This document shows, piece after piece, positions 27,740-44,825 of a DNA stretch of 64,000 nucleotides. Source of the DNA: Eledone cirrhosa (Eukaryota). The DNA is taken from NCBI GenBank assembly GCA_964016885.1, contig OZ024741.1, forward strand, positions 12,338,001 to 12,402,000, given 5' to 3'. The notes beneath the pieces were generated by a model. The model was not told the DNA's origin and did not search any database. It worked only from the letters and a program-made list of their open reading frames with translations. The position numbers and the translations under genes are program-made. The stretch's first letter is position 1. Each line of letters opens with the position of its first letter.

Positions 27740-27875
27740 ATTCACAAGAATCAAAGCTATGTTCAAAGCATTTATTCACTTACAATTGTTTCATTCAAAC
27801 CTAGGCTTGGATTCTTCGGAGCATTTTTTAATGCTTGTACATATAATTGACCTCCTATCCAACGCAAGAGACATA

Positions 27876-27877
<2 letters not shown>

Positions 27878-27954
<77 letters not shown>

Positions 27955-27957
27955 ATA

Positions 27958-28000
<43 letters not shown>
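27878..28000. repeat. (CT)n(TA)n microsatellite
   Basis: Direct reading. Confidence 0.95.
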
Positions 28001-28004
<4 letters not shown>

Positions 28005-28963
28005 AAGTTTGTCCTCATCAGTGGCCTTCCAACCGTCGTAGGCATTTCGTCGCATTAAAGGCCATATACCTCAGGTTGGTGCGAGCAACGGCTAAAAAAA
28101 GTCGTTGGGACACGTAAATAAAGGGGACGCTAGGGTAAACAGACAAAATGGTTTAAGCAGCAGAAAGTGATGAAGAAGAAACAAGTCCCAGATTTCTATG
28201 AATATAAATTCGGTGGAATCGTGAACGAGAGAATAAAGACCATCAAACCTGGTTGAAATGTGAGCAAGGAAGGAATTTCGCACAGGTCTAACGGGAGGAA
28301 GAAGGGGTCTGGTCTGCGAATTCGGTAAACATAAGTTCTGTGAAGTCGCAGACGAGAGAGAGAGAAAAAAAAAATCATATTTACACATATATTTTTTCCT
28401 CCGCTGCCACCAGTCTGTTTCGTTCTTTGTGTCTTTACCCTTTCTAGCAGTCTCTCTCTCTCTCTCTGTTAGCCTCTTCCTCACCTTTCACTCACTCACT
28501 CTCTGTCACTACCTCTCCTCCTCCCCTTTCTTCCAGTTTGACCTGTCCGTAATCCTTTTCTCGCGGGCACTTCACCAAGCCGGTATGAATTTTTTTTCTC
28601 TCTCTCTCCTCTGCGACTTCACAGAACTTATGTTTACCGAATTCGCAGACCAGACCCCTTCTTCCTCTCGTTAGACCTGTGCGAAATTCCTTCCTTGCTC
28701 ACATTTCAACCAGGTTTGATGGTCTTTATTCTCTCGTTCACGATTCCACCGAATTTATATTCATAGAAATCTGGGACTTGTTTTTTCTTCATCACTTTCT
28801 GCTGCTTAAACCATTTTGTCTGTTTACCCTAGCGTCCCCTTTATTTACGTGTCCCAACGACTTTTTTTAGCCGTTGCTCGCACCAACCTGAGGTATATGG
28901 CCTTTAATGCGACGAAATGCTTACGACGGTTGGAAGGCCACTGATGAGGACAAACTTTTTCAT
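27999..28963. repeat. Long inverted repeat (arms ~27999-28379 and ~28583-28963, CT-rich spacer); probable Penelope-like pLTR fold-back
   Basis: Arms are near-identical reverse complements. Outer ends stop shortly after CTGATGAGGACA. (TA)n lies on both sides. Confidence 0.85.
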
Positions 28964-29002
28964 ATGTAACCCATTTGCAGCGCCGCAGCTCCATTATTAT
29001 CA

Positions 29003-29082
<80 letters not shown>

Positions 29083-29094
29083 AATAATGATATA

Positions 29095-29138
<44 letters not shown>

Positions 29139-29268
29139 CAATGGAGTGTAAACACAGAAAATATCTTAAAAAATAATAATAAATAATTAAATTCCCAAAA
29201 ATTCACTGTACTTACCATATGTGCCTTTATCCTTATATGTATTAATTACATATAGGACACATACTTTC

Positions 29269-29341
<73 letters not shown>

Positions 29342-29666
29342 TTTATTTATTTATTAAAATAACAGATTAAAGTTTAAGCAAAGAATCGCTGTTTTCACCC
29401 TTAACGGGATCTTCTGAAACTAAAAAAGTCAATCTGTGAACGCAGAAGTAAATATTTCAAAAAACGTTGCAACCGGAGTAAGACAGGAAGACGATACTTT
29501 GGTTCGTGGAAACGTTCCCTGGCAAAGAACGGGAAAAAATGAATATAATACGTCATTATTAGGAGCGGTGAATAACAATTACGCGCAAAGATAAAACCAC
29601 GTTTATGGTATAAAAGAAGTCGTTGACTAATATTGTTTGGATTTTAATCTTCAAATTTATTATTAA

Positions 29667-29780
<114 letters not shown>

Positions 29781-30145
29781 AGAGAGAGAGAGTGGATCAA
29801 ACTCTCGAACAAAAAGATAAAATAAATATCCTCTGGTTTTAAAAGAAATATCGAAGACTAATTTCCCATCTCATTCTTGTTTTTTAGATATTTGCAAAAG
29901 GAAATCCTGCCAAGCCGAGTTCGAATTCATTTAGATTTTTTCAAGGGTTGATAAAGAAATATCTTTTCTTATTTTTTTATGGATACTTCGAAACATACGT
30001 TGGTTGATTTTAATTATTTTTACATAATATTTCAGTTTATATAATTTACATGATATTTAAGTTTATATAATGAACAAGTGGCAGCAAATTTAATTATTTT
30101 GAGTTCGATATCAATCTTATCTTCCTTAAAATCCATTTTGATCTA

Positions 30146-30476
30146 CGGGGTCGATTGAAAAGTTCATAGGCTGACCAAGATACTCTCATGGAATGACCAC
30201 ATGAATTTTATTTTTCAACATAGTCCCTGCAAAGAAACAATGCAGCTATTAATATGAAATTAATACATGCAAGATTTTACAGCACTAGCATCACTTCTTC
30301 ATAGGTTGATCAAGATACTCCTAGGAGGGCCCAAATGAGGTTTATTTTTCAACATAGCCCCTGGAAAGAAACAATACTGTTACTAATAAGAAAAGTTGAA
30401 ATTAATGCATGCAAGATTTCACAGCTCTAGCATCACTCCTTCATAATCAGCCTATGAACATTTCAACCGACGCTCG
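30146..30476. mobile_element. Tc1/mariner-type MITE
   Basis: Imperfect ~30-bp TIRs CGGGGTCGATTGAAAAGTTCATAGGCTGA / TCAGCCTATGAACATTTCAACCGACGCTCG with TA on each side. Internal ~135-bp direct duplication. Confidence 0.8.
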
Positions 30477-30828
30477 TATATAATTAAAATAATATACTTA
30501 TATGATCAAGTAGCAGCAAGTTAATCCTTTTGAGCTCGATAGCAATTATATCTTCCTCAAAATACATTTCTATACATTCACTTAACCTATAAGACGAAGG
30601 TTCAACTGGAACCTTCGTCTGAGGCTCAGAATGCCTGAATATCTGCCAAACCCCTCCTCAAAGGAAACCTCACAGACTCCTTAAATGTTAGTCTCTCTCC
30701 TAGGCTCAACATTTTATATCTTGAATATATCCAGTTGCCTGCAACCATTGGTACCTCTGAACCAAATTATAAGTATGAACATCGTACTTCTCAAAATATA
30801 TACCTATAGTTTTATTAATGAGAAACAT

Positions 30829-30960
30829 CTATTAATAATTGTTTTTACTTTTGGCACAAGGCCAGCAATTATATCAGTGTATTACTGGTACTTTATTTTA
30901 TCGACACCGTAAGGATGAAAGGCAAAGTTAACCTCAGCGGGATTTGAACTCAGACCATAA
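30829..30960 (-). mobile_element. tRNA-derived SINE, partial
   Basis: Reverse complement GAGTTCAAATCCCGCTGAGGTTAACTTTGCCTTTCATCCTTACGGTGTCGATAAAATAAAGTACCAG matches the copies at 43.2-43.6 kb. Confidence 0.85.
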
Positions 30961-31331
30961 ATAGCCGTATAATGACTAAAATTTTAAATACGTTCTTTCA
31001 AAATAAGTTTCTTTGTAATTGTAACTCGAAATAAGATTCTCTCTAACCGCCATATAACTCTCACAAACAGCCGTCTCTTCTTCGTTGCCATACGAGAACT
31101 GTTTTAAAATTTTTTTTTTAAAATCTTTTAAACTTCTGCAACTGTCGCATTTTCGCATTCTGTAATTGTGACCATAATGAGTGTTTTAATGTAATACATT
31201 GTTATTGCGTTTGAAATATTAACGAAACCTTTAATAAACTCTGATGAAACCGGTCTCGAAGTGAATTTCTATAACGGCAGAAACATTTGTTAGATTGATA
31301 ATGCTTTGAATCTTCAGTGTTTCTGAAATTA

Positions 31332-31387
<56 letters not shown>

Positions 31388-31446
31388 GAAAGGTATAGAA
31401 AATATTGTAGCAAAAAGCCAACAGTATTCCATAATATATATATCGA

Positions 31447-34480
<3,034 letters not shown>

Positions 34481-34774
34481 TTGTCAGTTGTTATATATAT
34501 ATTGAGAGAGAGAGACAGAGAGAATCGAACACACAGGATGTATAGTAAGATAAATCAGTCGGTACATGTGCCCCTGAAAGGCTGGGCCAAAGAGAGGACC
34601 CTATCTTGTGACCTCCTCTCCAAAGCAACCTCGCAGCCCACATGAAATTAAGAACACAGACCATCCCCACGATACCCACCTCACCGGGACCCCGTTTAGC
34701 TTTCTAAGCCCTGCTGGATTACCAACCTAAAGGAACAAGTTACACCTCTCTGTTATTACTTCACTATAACAACA

Positions 34775-37700
34775 TTACTACAGCCATACTACAGCTATAC
34801 TACAGCTATACTAGAGCTATACTACAGCCATACTACAGCTATACTACAGTTATACTACAGCCATACTACAGCTATACTACAGCTATACTACAGCTATACT
34901 ACAGCCATACTACAGCTATACTACAGCCACACTACAGCTATACCACAGCCATACTACAGCTATACTACAGCTATACTATAGCTATAATACAGCCATACCA
35001 CATCTATACTACAGCCATACTACAGCCACACTACAGCTATACCACAGCCATACTACAGCTATACTACAGCTATACTACAGCTATACTACAGCCATACCAC
35101 AGTCATACTACAGCTATACTATAGCTATACTACAGCCATACCACATCTATACTACAGCTATAATACAGCCACACTACAGCTATACCACAGCCATACTACA
35201 GCTATACTACAGCCATACTACAGCCATACCACAGCCATACTACAGCTATACTACAGCTATACTACAGCCATACTACAGCTACACTACAGCTATACTAAAG
35301 CTATACTACAGCCATACCACAGCCATACTACAGCTATACTACTGCTACACTACAGCAATACTACAGCTATATTACAGCCATACTACAGGTATACTTCAGC
35401 TATACTACCGCTATACTACAGCTATACTACAGCCATACTACAGCTATACTACAGCTATACTACAGTCATACTACAGCCATACCACAGCCATACTACAGCT
35501 ATACTAGAGCTATACTACAGCCATACTACAGCTACACTACAGCTATACTACAGCTATACTACAGCCATACCACAGCCATACTACAGCTATACTACAGCTA
35601 CACTACAGCTATACTACAGCTATACTACAGCGATACTACAGCTATACTACAGTCATACTACAGCTATACTACAGCCATACTACAGCCATAACTAAGCCAT
35701 ACTACAGCCATACTACAGCCATACTACAGCTATACTACAGCTACACTACAGCTATACTACAGCCATACTACATCTATGCTACAGCTATAATACAACCATA
35801 CTACAACGATACTACAGCTATACTACAGCTATACTACAGCCTTACTACAGCTATACTACAGCTATACTACAGCCCTACCACAGTCATACCACAGCCATAC
35901 TGCAGCATACTACAGCTATACTGCAGCTATACTATAGCTATACTACAGTTATACTACAGCCATGCTACAGCCCTACCACAGTCATGCTACAGCTATACAG
36001 CAGTTATACTACAGCTATACTACAGCTATACTACAACCATACTACAGCTATTCCACATCTATACTACAAACATACGACAGCTATACTACAGCTATACTAC
36101 AGCTATACTACTGCCATACTACAGCTATACTACATCTACACTACAGCTATACTACATACATACTACAGTTACACTACAGCTATACTACAGCCATACTACA
36201 GCTATACTACAGTCATACTACAGCTATACTACAACCATACTACAGCCATACTACAGCCATACTACAGCTATACTACAGCTACACTACAGCCATACTACAG
36301 CCATACTACAGCTATACTACAGCTATACTACTGTCATACTACAGCTATACTACAGCCATACTACAGCTATACTACAGCTACACTACATCTATACTACATC
36401 TACACTACAGCTATACTACAGCAATATTATAGATACACTACAGCTATACTACAACCATACTATAACCATACTACAGCCATGCTACAGCTATACTACACCT
36501 GCACTACAGCCATACTACAGCCATACTACAGCTATACTACAGCTACATTTCTGCTATACTACAGCTACATTTCTGCTATACCACAGCCATACTACAGCTA
36601 CACCACAGCAATACTACAGCTATACTACAGCCATACTACAGCCATACTACAGCTATACTACAGCCATACTACTGTCATACTACAGCTCTACTGCAGCTAT
36701 ACTACCGCTATACTACAGCTATACTACAGCCATACTACAGCTATACTACAGCTATACTACCGCTATACTAGAGCTACACTACAGCTACACTACAAGTATA
36801 CTACAGCTATACTACAGCCATACTACAGCTATACTACAGCCATACTACTACCATACTACAGCTATACTACAGCTATATTACAGCCATACTACAGCTATAC
36901 TGCAGTTATACTACAGCTACACTACAGACATACTTCAGCTATACTACAGCCATACTACAGCTATACTACAGCTATATAACAGTCATACTACAGCCATACT
37001 ACAGTCAAACTACAGTTATACCTCAGTCATATTACAGTTATACTACAGCTATACTACAGCTATACTAACGCTATACTACAGTCATACTACAGTCATACTA
37101 CAGTTATACTACAGCTATACTACTGCCATGCAACAGCTATACTACAGCCATACTACAGCTATACTACAACTATTCTGCCGCTATTCTACAGTCATACTAC
37201 ATCCATACTACAGTCATACTACAGCTATACTACTGTCATACTACAGCTCTACTACAGCAATACTACAACCATACTACAGCTATACTACAGTTAAACTACA
37301 GCTATACTACTGTCATACTACAGCTATACTACAGCCATACTACAGCTATACTATAGCCATAACACAGTCATACTACAGCCATACTACAGCTATACTACAG
37401 CAATACTACAGCTATATTATAGCCATAACACAGCCATACTACAGTCATACTACAGCTATACTACAGCCATACTACAGCTATACTACAACTATCCTACAGC
37501 TATACTACAGCCATACTACAGCGATACTAAAGCGATACTACAGCAATACTAAAACTAAAGCAATACTAAAGCAATACTACAGTCATACTGGAGCTATACT
37601 ACAGCAATACTACAGCTATACTACAGCTATATTACATCTATACTACATCTACACTACAGCTATACTAGGGCCATACTACAGCTATACTACAGCCATACTA

Positions 37701-40362
37701 GAGCTATACTACAGCCATACTACAGCCATACTACAGCTATACTACTGTCATACTACAGCTATATTGAAGCTATACTACAGCTATAATACTGTCATACTAC
37801 AGACATACTACTGCAGCTATACTACAGCTATACTTCTGTCATACTACAGCTCTACTGCAGCTATGCTACAGCTATACTACAGTCATACTACAGCAATACT
37901 GCAGCAATACTACAGTCATACTACAGCCATGCTGCAGCCATTCTACAGACATACTACAGCAATACTACAGCAATACTACAGCTATACTACAGCTAAACTA
38001 CAACCATACTACAGCTATACTACAGCTATATTACAGCCATACTACAGCTATACTGCAGTCATACTACACCTATACTACAGCCATACTACAGATATACTAC
38101 AGCCATACTACAGCTATACTACAACCATACTACAGCTATACTACAGCCATACTGCACATATACTGCAGCCATACTACAGCTATACTAGAGCTATATTACT
38201 TCTATACTACATCTACACTACAGCTATACTATAGTCATACTACAGCTACACTACCGCCATATTACAACCATACTTCATTCATACTACAGCCATACTACAG
38301 CTATACCACAGCTATACTACTGTCATACTACAGCTGTACTACAGCCATACTACAGCTATACTACATCTATACTACATCTACACTAGAGCTATACTACAGC
38401 CATACTATAGAGACACTACAGCTATACTACAACCACACTACAGCCATACTACAGCCATACTACAGCTATACTACAGCTACACTACAGCCATAATACAGCC
38501 ATACTACAGTCATACTACAGTCATACTACAGGTATACTACAACTAAACTACTGTCTTACTACAGCTATACTACAGCCATACTACAGCTATACTACAGCCA
38601 TACTACCGCCATACTACTGCTAAACTGCAGCTATATTATAGCCATAACACATTCATACTACAGCCATACTACAGCTATACTATTGCTATATTACATCTAT
38701 ACTACATCTACACTACAGCTATACTACAGCCATAATAACGCTACACTACAGCTATACTACAGCCATACTACAGCTATGCTACAGTCATACTACAGTTATA
38801 CTACAACCATACTACAGGCCATACTACAGCCTTACTACAGCTATAATACAGCTACACTACAGCCATACTACAGCCATACTACAGCTATACTACAGCTATA
38901 CTACTGTCATACTACAGCTATACTACAGCCATACTACAGCTATACTACAGCTATACTACATCTATACTACATCTACACTACAGCTATACTACAGCCATAC
39001 TATCACTACACTACAGCTATCCTACAATAATACTACAGCCTTACTACAGTCATACTACAACTCTACTACAGCTGCAATACAGTCATACTACAGCCATACT
39101 ACAGCCATACTACAGTCATACTAAAGTCATACTACAGCTATACTACAGCTATATTACTGTCATACTACAGCTATACTACAGCTATACTACAGCCATACTA
39201 CAGCTATACTACAACCATACTGCAGCTATACTACAGTCATACTAGAGCCATACTACAGTCATACTAGAGTTATACTACTGTCATACTACAGCTATATTAC
39301 AGCTATACGACAGTCATACTACAGCTATACTATAGCCATAACACAGTCATACTACATTCATATTACAGTTATACTACAGCCATACTACAGCTATACTACA
39401 ACCATACTACAGCTATATTATAGCCATAACATAGTCATACTACAGTCATACTACATGTATACTACAGCCATACTACAGCTATACTACAACTATCTTACAG
39501 CTATACTATAGCCATACTACAGCGATACTACAGCAATACTACAGTCATATTACAGCCATACTACAGCTATAATACAGCCATACTAGAGCTATACTACAGC
39601 TATACTACAGCTATACTACAGCCATACTACAGCTATACTACAGCTATACTCCAGCTATACAATAGCCATACTACAGCCATACTACAGCTATACTAGAGCT
39701 ATACTACAGCCATACTACAGCCATACTACAGCCATACTACAGCTATACTACAGCCATACTACTGTCATATTACAGCTCTACTGCAGCTATACTACAGCTA
39801 TACTACAGTCATACTAGAGCCATACTGCAGCCATATTACAGTCATACTACAGTCATAATATAGCCATACTACAGCCATACTGCAGCCATACTACAGCCAT
39901 ACTACAGTCATACTACAGTCATACTATAGCCATACTACAGCCATACTGAAGCCATACTACAGCCATACTACAGTCATACTACAGTCGTACTATAGCCATA
40001 CTACAGTCATACTACAGCCATACTACAGCCATACTATAGCCATACTGCAGTCATACCACAGTCATACTGCAGCTATAATACAGCCATACTACAGCTCTAC
40101 TACAGCTATAATATAGCCATACTACAGCTATAATACAGCTATAATACAGCCATACTGCAGTCATACTGCATCCATACTGCATCCATACTACAGCTATACT
40201 ACAGCCATACTACAACCATACTACAGCTATACTACAGCAATACTACAACAATACTACAACCATACTACAGCTATAATACAGTCATACTGCAGCCAAACTG
40301 CAGCCATACTGCAGCCATACTGCAGCCATACTACAGCCATACTACAGCCATATTACAACCAT
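34775..40362. repeat. 11-bp minisatellite (CAGCTATACTA / CAGCCATACTA), ~500 copies
   Basis: Direct reading. The YYSYTTAILQ ORFs are artefacts of the repeat. Confidence 0.97.
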
Positions 40363-40371
40363 CATAAAATG

Positions 40372-40655
40372 CACCACCACCAACACCATCACTAACACAA
40401 CTACCAACACTATCACCAGTAATATCATCCTCCCACTACCACTACCACTACCATCACCACCACTAACACAAACATCGACACCACCATTACCATTGCTAAC
40501 ACCACTACCACCACCATCATCATCATCATCATCATCATCTGCAGAAGCAGTAGCGATACACCCAACAACACAGCTTCAATAACCGCCATCATTACCATGG
40601 TTACTGACGTCAATATTCCACTACACATACACTTAGTAGTAGTAGTAGTAGTAGT

Positions 40656-40717
<62 letters not shown>

Positions 40718-40925
40718 CAGTAGTAGTAGTAGTAATAGTAGTGGTGGGGGTAGTAGTGGTAGTAGTAGTAGTAGCAGTAGCAGCAGTAGTAGTAGTAACC
40801 ACAGCAGCAGTAGTAGTAGTAGTAGTAATAGTAGTAGTAGTAGTAGTAGCAGCAGCAGCAGCAGCAGTAGTAGACGTAGTAGTAGTAGTGGTGGTAGTAG
40901 TAGCAGCAGCGAGAGGAGGAGGAGG
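40372..40925. repeat. Mixed trinucleotide microsatellites (ACC, ATC, AGT, AGC)
   Basis: Direct reading. Confidence 0.9.
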
Positions 40926-41227
40926 ATAAAGAGGTGGTGAGAAGCGGGAGGGGAAGAGAAAGGGAGACTACTATTCATACATATAGTTGCGACCCCTCCC
41001 TCCTGATAGCCGAATTATCAATCTAGAGCATCCAATAAAGCGAAGCTGTGACATTTAGTTGGTTACCTCTTCACACGTGACCCTAAATACCATGGAAACG
41101 TTAAAAGCGATCACATGACGTCAAATCTTGCGTAAGCGATTTGTGGCTTCGGCCAATCACTCATTCTCCTTCCTCGCCCCCTTCCTTTCTTCCTTGCTTT
41201 TTATCTTTCGATTCTTTTGTCTCAGAC

Positions 41228-41660
<433 letters not shown>

Positions 41661-42239
41661 AAGTGCTGGTTGCTGTGTGTCTGTGTATGCCACTAGGTTC
41701 AGGAGGTGTTTCAACAATTCTAAAATGTATTGAATTATGTTAAATTATATTTACAGACATTCTCTAAACGGCAGTTATAATTGTTTGTTTGGTATAGATT
41801 ACCAAATGTTCAGCCAGAACATCTTCAGCCTCAATGTAATTCTAGATATATAGTACGTAATAGATAATACCCATCGAACGCTGACTTAACATCAACAAAT
41901 AGTGCAGAAATAGTATAAATGAGATTGACAGAAACCTACTTCAAAACCCGATATACTAGACACATCCATTCCTTTAATGATAAGAACAAAAGTAAATCAA
42001 AATTACAATATATTTGGTATCTCTACAACAAAGAGAAAACAATGCTGTTATATAATATGGCATGTCTGAGAAAGTAAAACCATACAACAGCTGTGACAGC
42101 AGATGATATTTATAAATATTTAAGAAGCTTATAAAAATAACTGCACCTACTATTATACTGAATTGGCGCAATTAAAACATTTATGCATGTTTGTACAGAA
42201 AAACTTCTTGGTTATTTTAAACATATTGGTCTATCTTGC

Positions 42240-42515
42240 TTGGGTAATGACCGAAAGAATACGATCGCGAATACAAGCGGCCGAAATGGAGGCCCTCCGC
42301 AGAGTCTTTGGAGTAACGTTACTCCAAATTGAGAAATCACAGCTCCGATATTATAGGCATGCGGTTATAATGTCTTAGGAAAGAATCGCTGGATATATTT
42401 TACGAGAAAAACCAACCGGCAGGAGACCCAGTAATAGACCCCGTCTCAGTTGGAGACGGTTGCTTCTGACATGACCCGCTGAGAATGAGTGTTTGAGGAC
42501 TTTGCCACCACAACC
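42240..42515 (+). mobile_element. Degenerate RTE LINE 3' fragment, same family as the satellite
   Basis: WVMTERIRSRIQAAEMEALRRVFGVT/LLQIEKSQLRYYRHAVIMS*ERIAGYILREKPTGRRPSNRP. The DNA aligns by eye with the monomer and its 3' flank. Confidence 0.85.
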
Positions 42516-42603
42516 CTCACAATTCAGCTGCTCCTGGACTGACAATCTCTAATTTAAAACTTGCGATATGTATGTGTATAATCCCTTCACACACACACAC
42601 ACG

Positions 42604-42687
<84 letters not shown>

Positions 42688-42789
42688 TGTATTTGTATAT
42701 ATATAGAGAGCGAGGGTGAGAGAGAGGGGGAAAGTGTGTGTTTGTGTGTACCAAAAGAGTGAGCCGTAGCTAATGCCCAACGGTCCTTT

Positions 42790-43232
42790 GGGTCATTTCT
42801 TTCTGCTTCAACTTTCCAACACCTGCCTTAGAATCCTTGCTGTTCCTAGCAAGACTCTTTTCTGCAACAATCCCATCCTGCTGGTAATTCCTAGCTTCTC
42901 AGATCATGCATCCAACCTTTTACAAACTGCTCCCAATACACCAACCACAATTGGTACCACTTCTACATGTCTAACCTTTTACAAACTGCTCCCAGTGTAC
43001 CAACCACAATTGGTACCACTTCTACATGTCTACCCTACTACTAACTACTCCCAGTACACCAACCACAATTGGTACCGTTTCTACATATCTGATTCTCCAC
43101 AGTTTCCTGATTTCTCTCTTCACCTCCTGGTATTTCTCAACTTTCTCACATTCCTTCTCATTCACCCTGTGGTCCCACGGTGAAGTAATATCCACAATAC
43201 TTGCCTTGTTATTCGTCTTTTCTACAACAAAA
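42790..43232 (-). mobile_element. 3' fragment of a second R4/Dong-type RLE retrotransposon with an internal 59-bp triplication
   Basis: Minus strand reads IVDITSPWDHRVNEKECEKVEKYQEVKREIRKLWRIR...VPIVVG.LG...LLQKRVLLGTARILRQVL*. Confidence 0.82.
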
Positions 43233-43239
43233 GTTTACA

Positions 43240-43421
43240 GCCCTATACATTCTGAGTTCAAATCTCACTGAGGTGAACTTTGCCTTTCATCCTTACGAGG
43301 TCGATAAAATAAAGTACCAGTCACTCACTGAGGTCGTTTTATCGACCCCCACCCCACCACCACCACCACCAAATTGCTGCCCTTGTGCCTATATAAGAAA
43401 CCATTATTATTATTATTATTA
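43240..43421 (+). mobile_element. tRNA-derived SINE, 5'-truncated
   Basis: B-box-like GAGTTCAAATC, core GCCTTTCATCCTTACGAGGTCGATAAAATAAAGTACCAG (resembles Deu/Nin-type central domains), (TTA)n tail. Confidence 0.85.
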
Positions 43422-43626
43422 TTGGCAGGATCGGTAGAGTGTCGGACGCCATGCTTTGCAGCATAGAGTTACGCCCCTTTACGGTCTGAGTTCAAATCCT
43501 GCCGAGGTTAACTTTGCCTTTCATCCTTATGTGGTCGATAAAATAAAGTACCAGTAATACACTGGGATAATTGCTGGCCTTGTGCTAAAAATAGAAACAA
43601 TTATTATTATTTTTTTTTTTTTTTTA
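43422..43626 (+). mobile_element. tRNA-derived SINE
   Basis: A-box-like TGGCAGGATCGG, B-box GAGTTCAAATCC, same core, (TTA)n/poly-T tail. Confidence 0.85.
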
Positions 43627-43804
43627 CCATGTTGCCCTATTCTGTTCTTTGTTATACAAAACCCATTTTCTCCATCACAATTCTCCCCATAATACAAATA
43701 CAACTCTTTGGAAAATATCTTTTCACAAATTTATATAATTTCTGGTGAATAACAGAAATACTAGAAAAAGGGGAACGACAAATTACTGTATGGAGATAAA
43801 TAAT

Positions 43805-44216
43805 GATAACTACAACAACAACAACAACCACAACAACAGCAGCCACAACAACTACCATAACAACAACATCAGCAGCCTCAACGACAACAACAATAACAAT
43901 AACATCAACAAGGACAACAACAACAACCATAACAACACCTCCACCGACAGCCACAACAACAGCTACAACAGCAATAACAACACCATCAACAACAACGAAA
44001 ACTACTACTACTACTACCACCAACGACAATAACACCTACAAACACAACCACAAAGACCAACAACAACCATAAACACATCAACAACTACAACCACAATAAC
44101 AATGACTAGAACAACAACAAAAAACTATGACAACAACTACAAGCATAACAACAGCACCACCTTCAACAACAACAACACCAACCTCAATAACAACATTAAT
44201 AACTATTACTACTACA
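43805..44216. repeat. Degenerate (AAC)n low-complexity tract
   Basis: Direct reading. Confidence 0.9.
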
Positions 44217-44658
44217 GCGGTTTCAATAAAACACTGAAACTACCATCGCAATGCCATCTTCATCATTCGTTGTATATTCATTGTAATGGCGGCCATGCCG
44301 TCTGCTGTTTGTTGGTGTTTGTTACACTTATCTTCCCAATGATTGGTCCCGTTATTTCAGCGATAAAACCAAATGGAAGAAAAAGATAAAAATTATTGTT
44401 TTGTTCAATCTGAATAAAAGAATTTAAAAAACTAATAACGTATTTAATGGAAAAGTGGTGATGAAGGCTGCCAAGCTACATGGGAGTGAGATTTTGAGGG
44501 GAAAACTGACGACGGCGAGTTTGTGATAATAAAAAAGAATATTGAAGAGACTTGATGGATAGTTGGAGAGGGCGACAGAGAGAAAGAAATGGTCAGGAAA
44601 TGATAGATTATGCAAATGATATAATATATGCATATATACATACAGACATACATATATG

Positions 44659-44715
<57 letters not shown>

Positions 44716-44825
44716 TATCGGAGGAAGATTTTAACGATGATTTTAGCGATATATATATATATCGAGCCCTGTTCGGATTTTAGTCTTTACATTTTTTATT
44801 ATTTCTATATATATATATATATATA

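Noticed and set aside
35962-39030. Long Tyr/Thr-rich ORFs
   Set aside because: Translations of an 11-bp minisatellite, open in several frames.
44284-44350. YY1-like ATGGCGGCC plus ATTGG as a promoter
   Set aside because: Two short motifs with no adjacent exon evidence.
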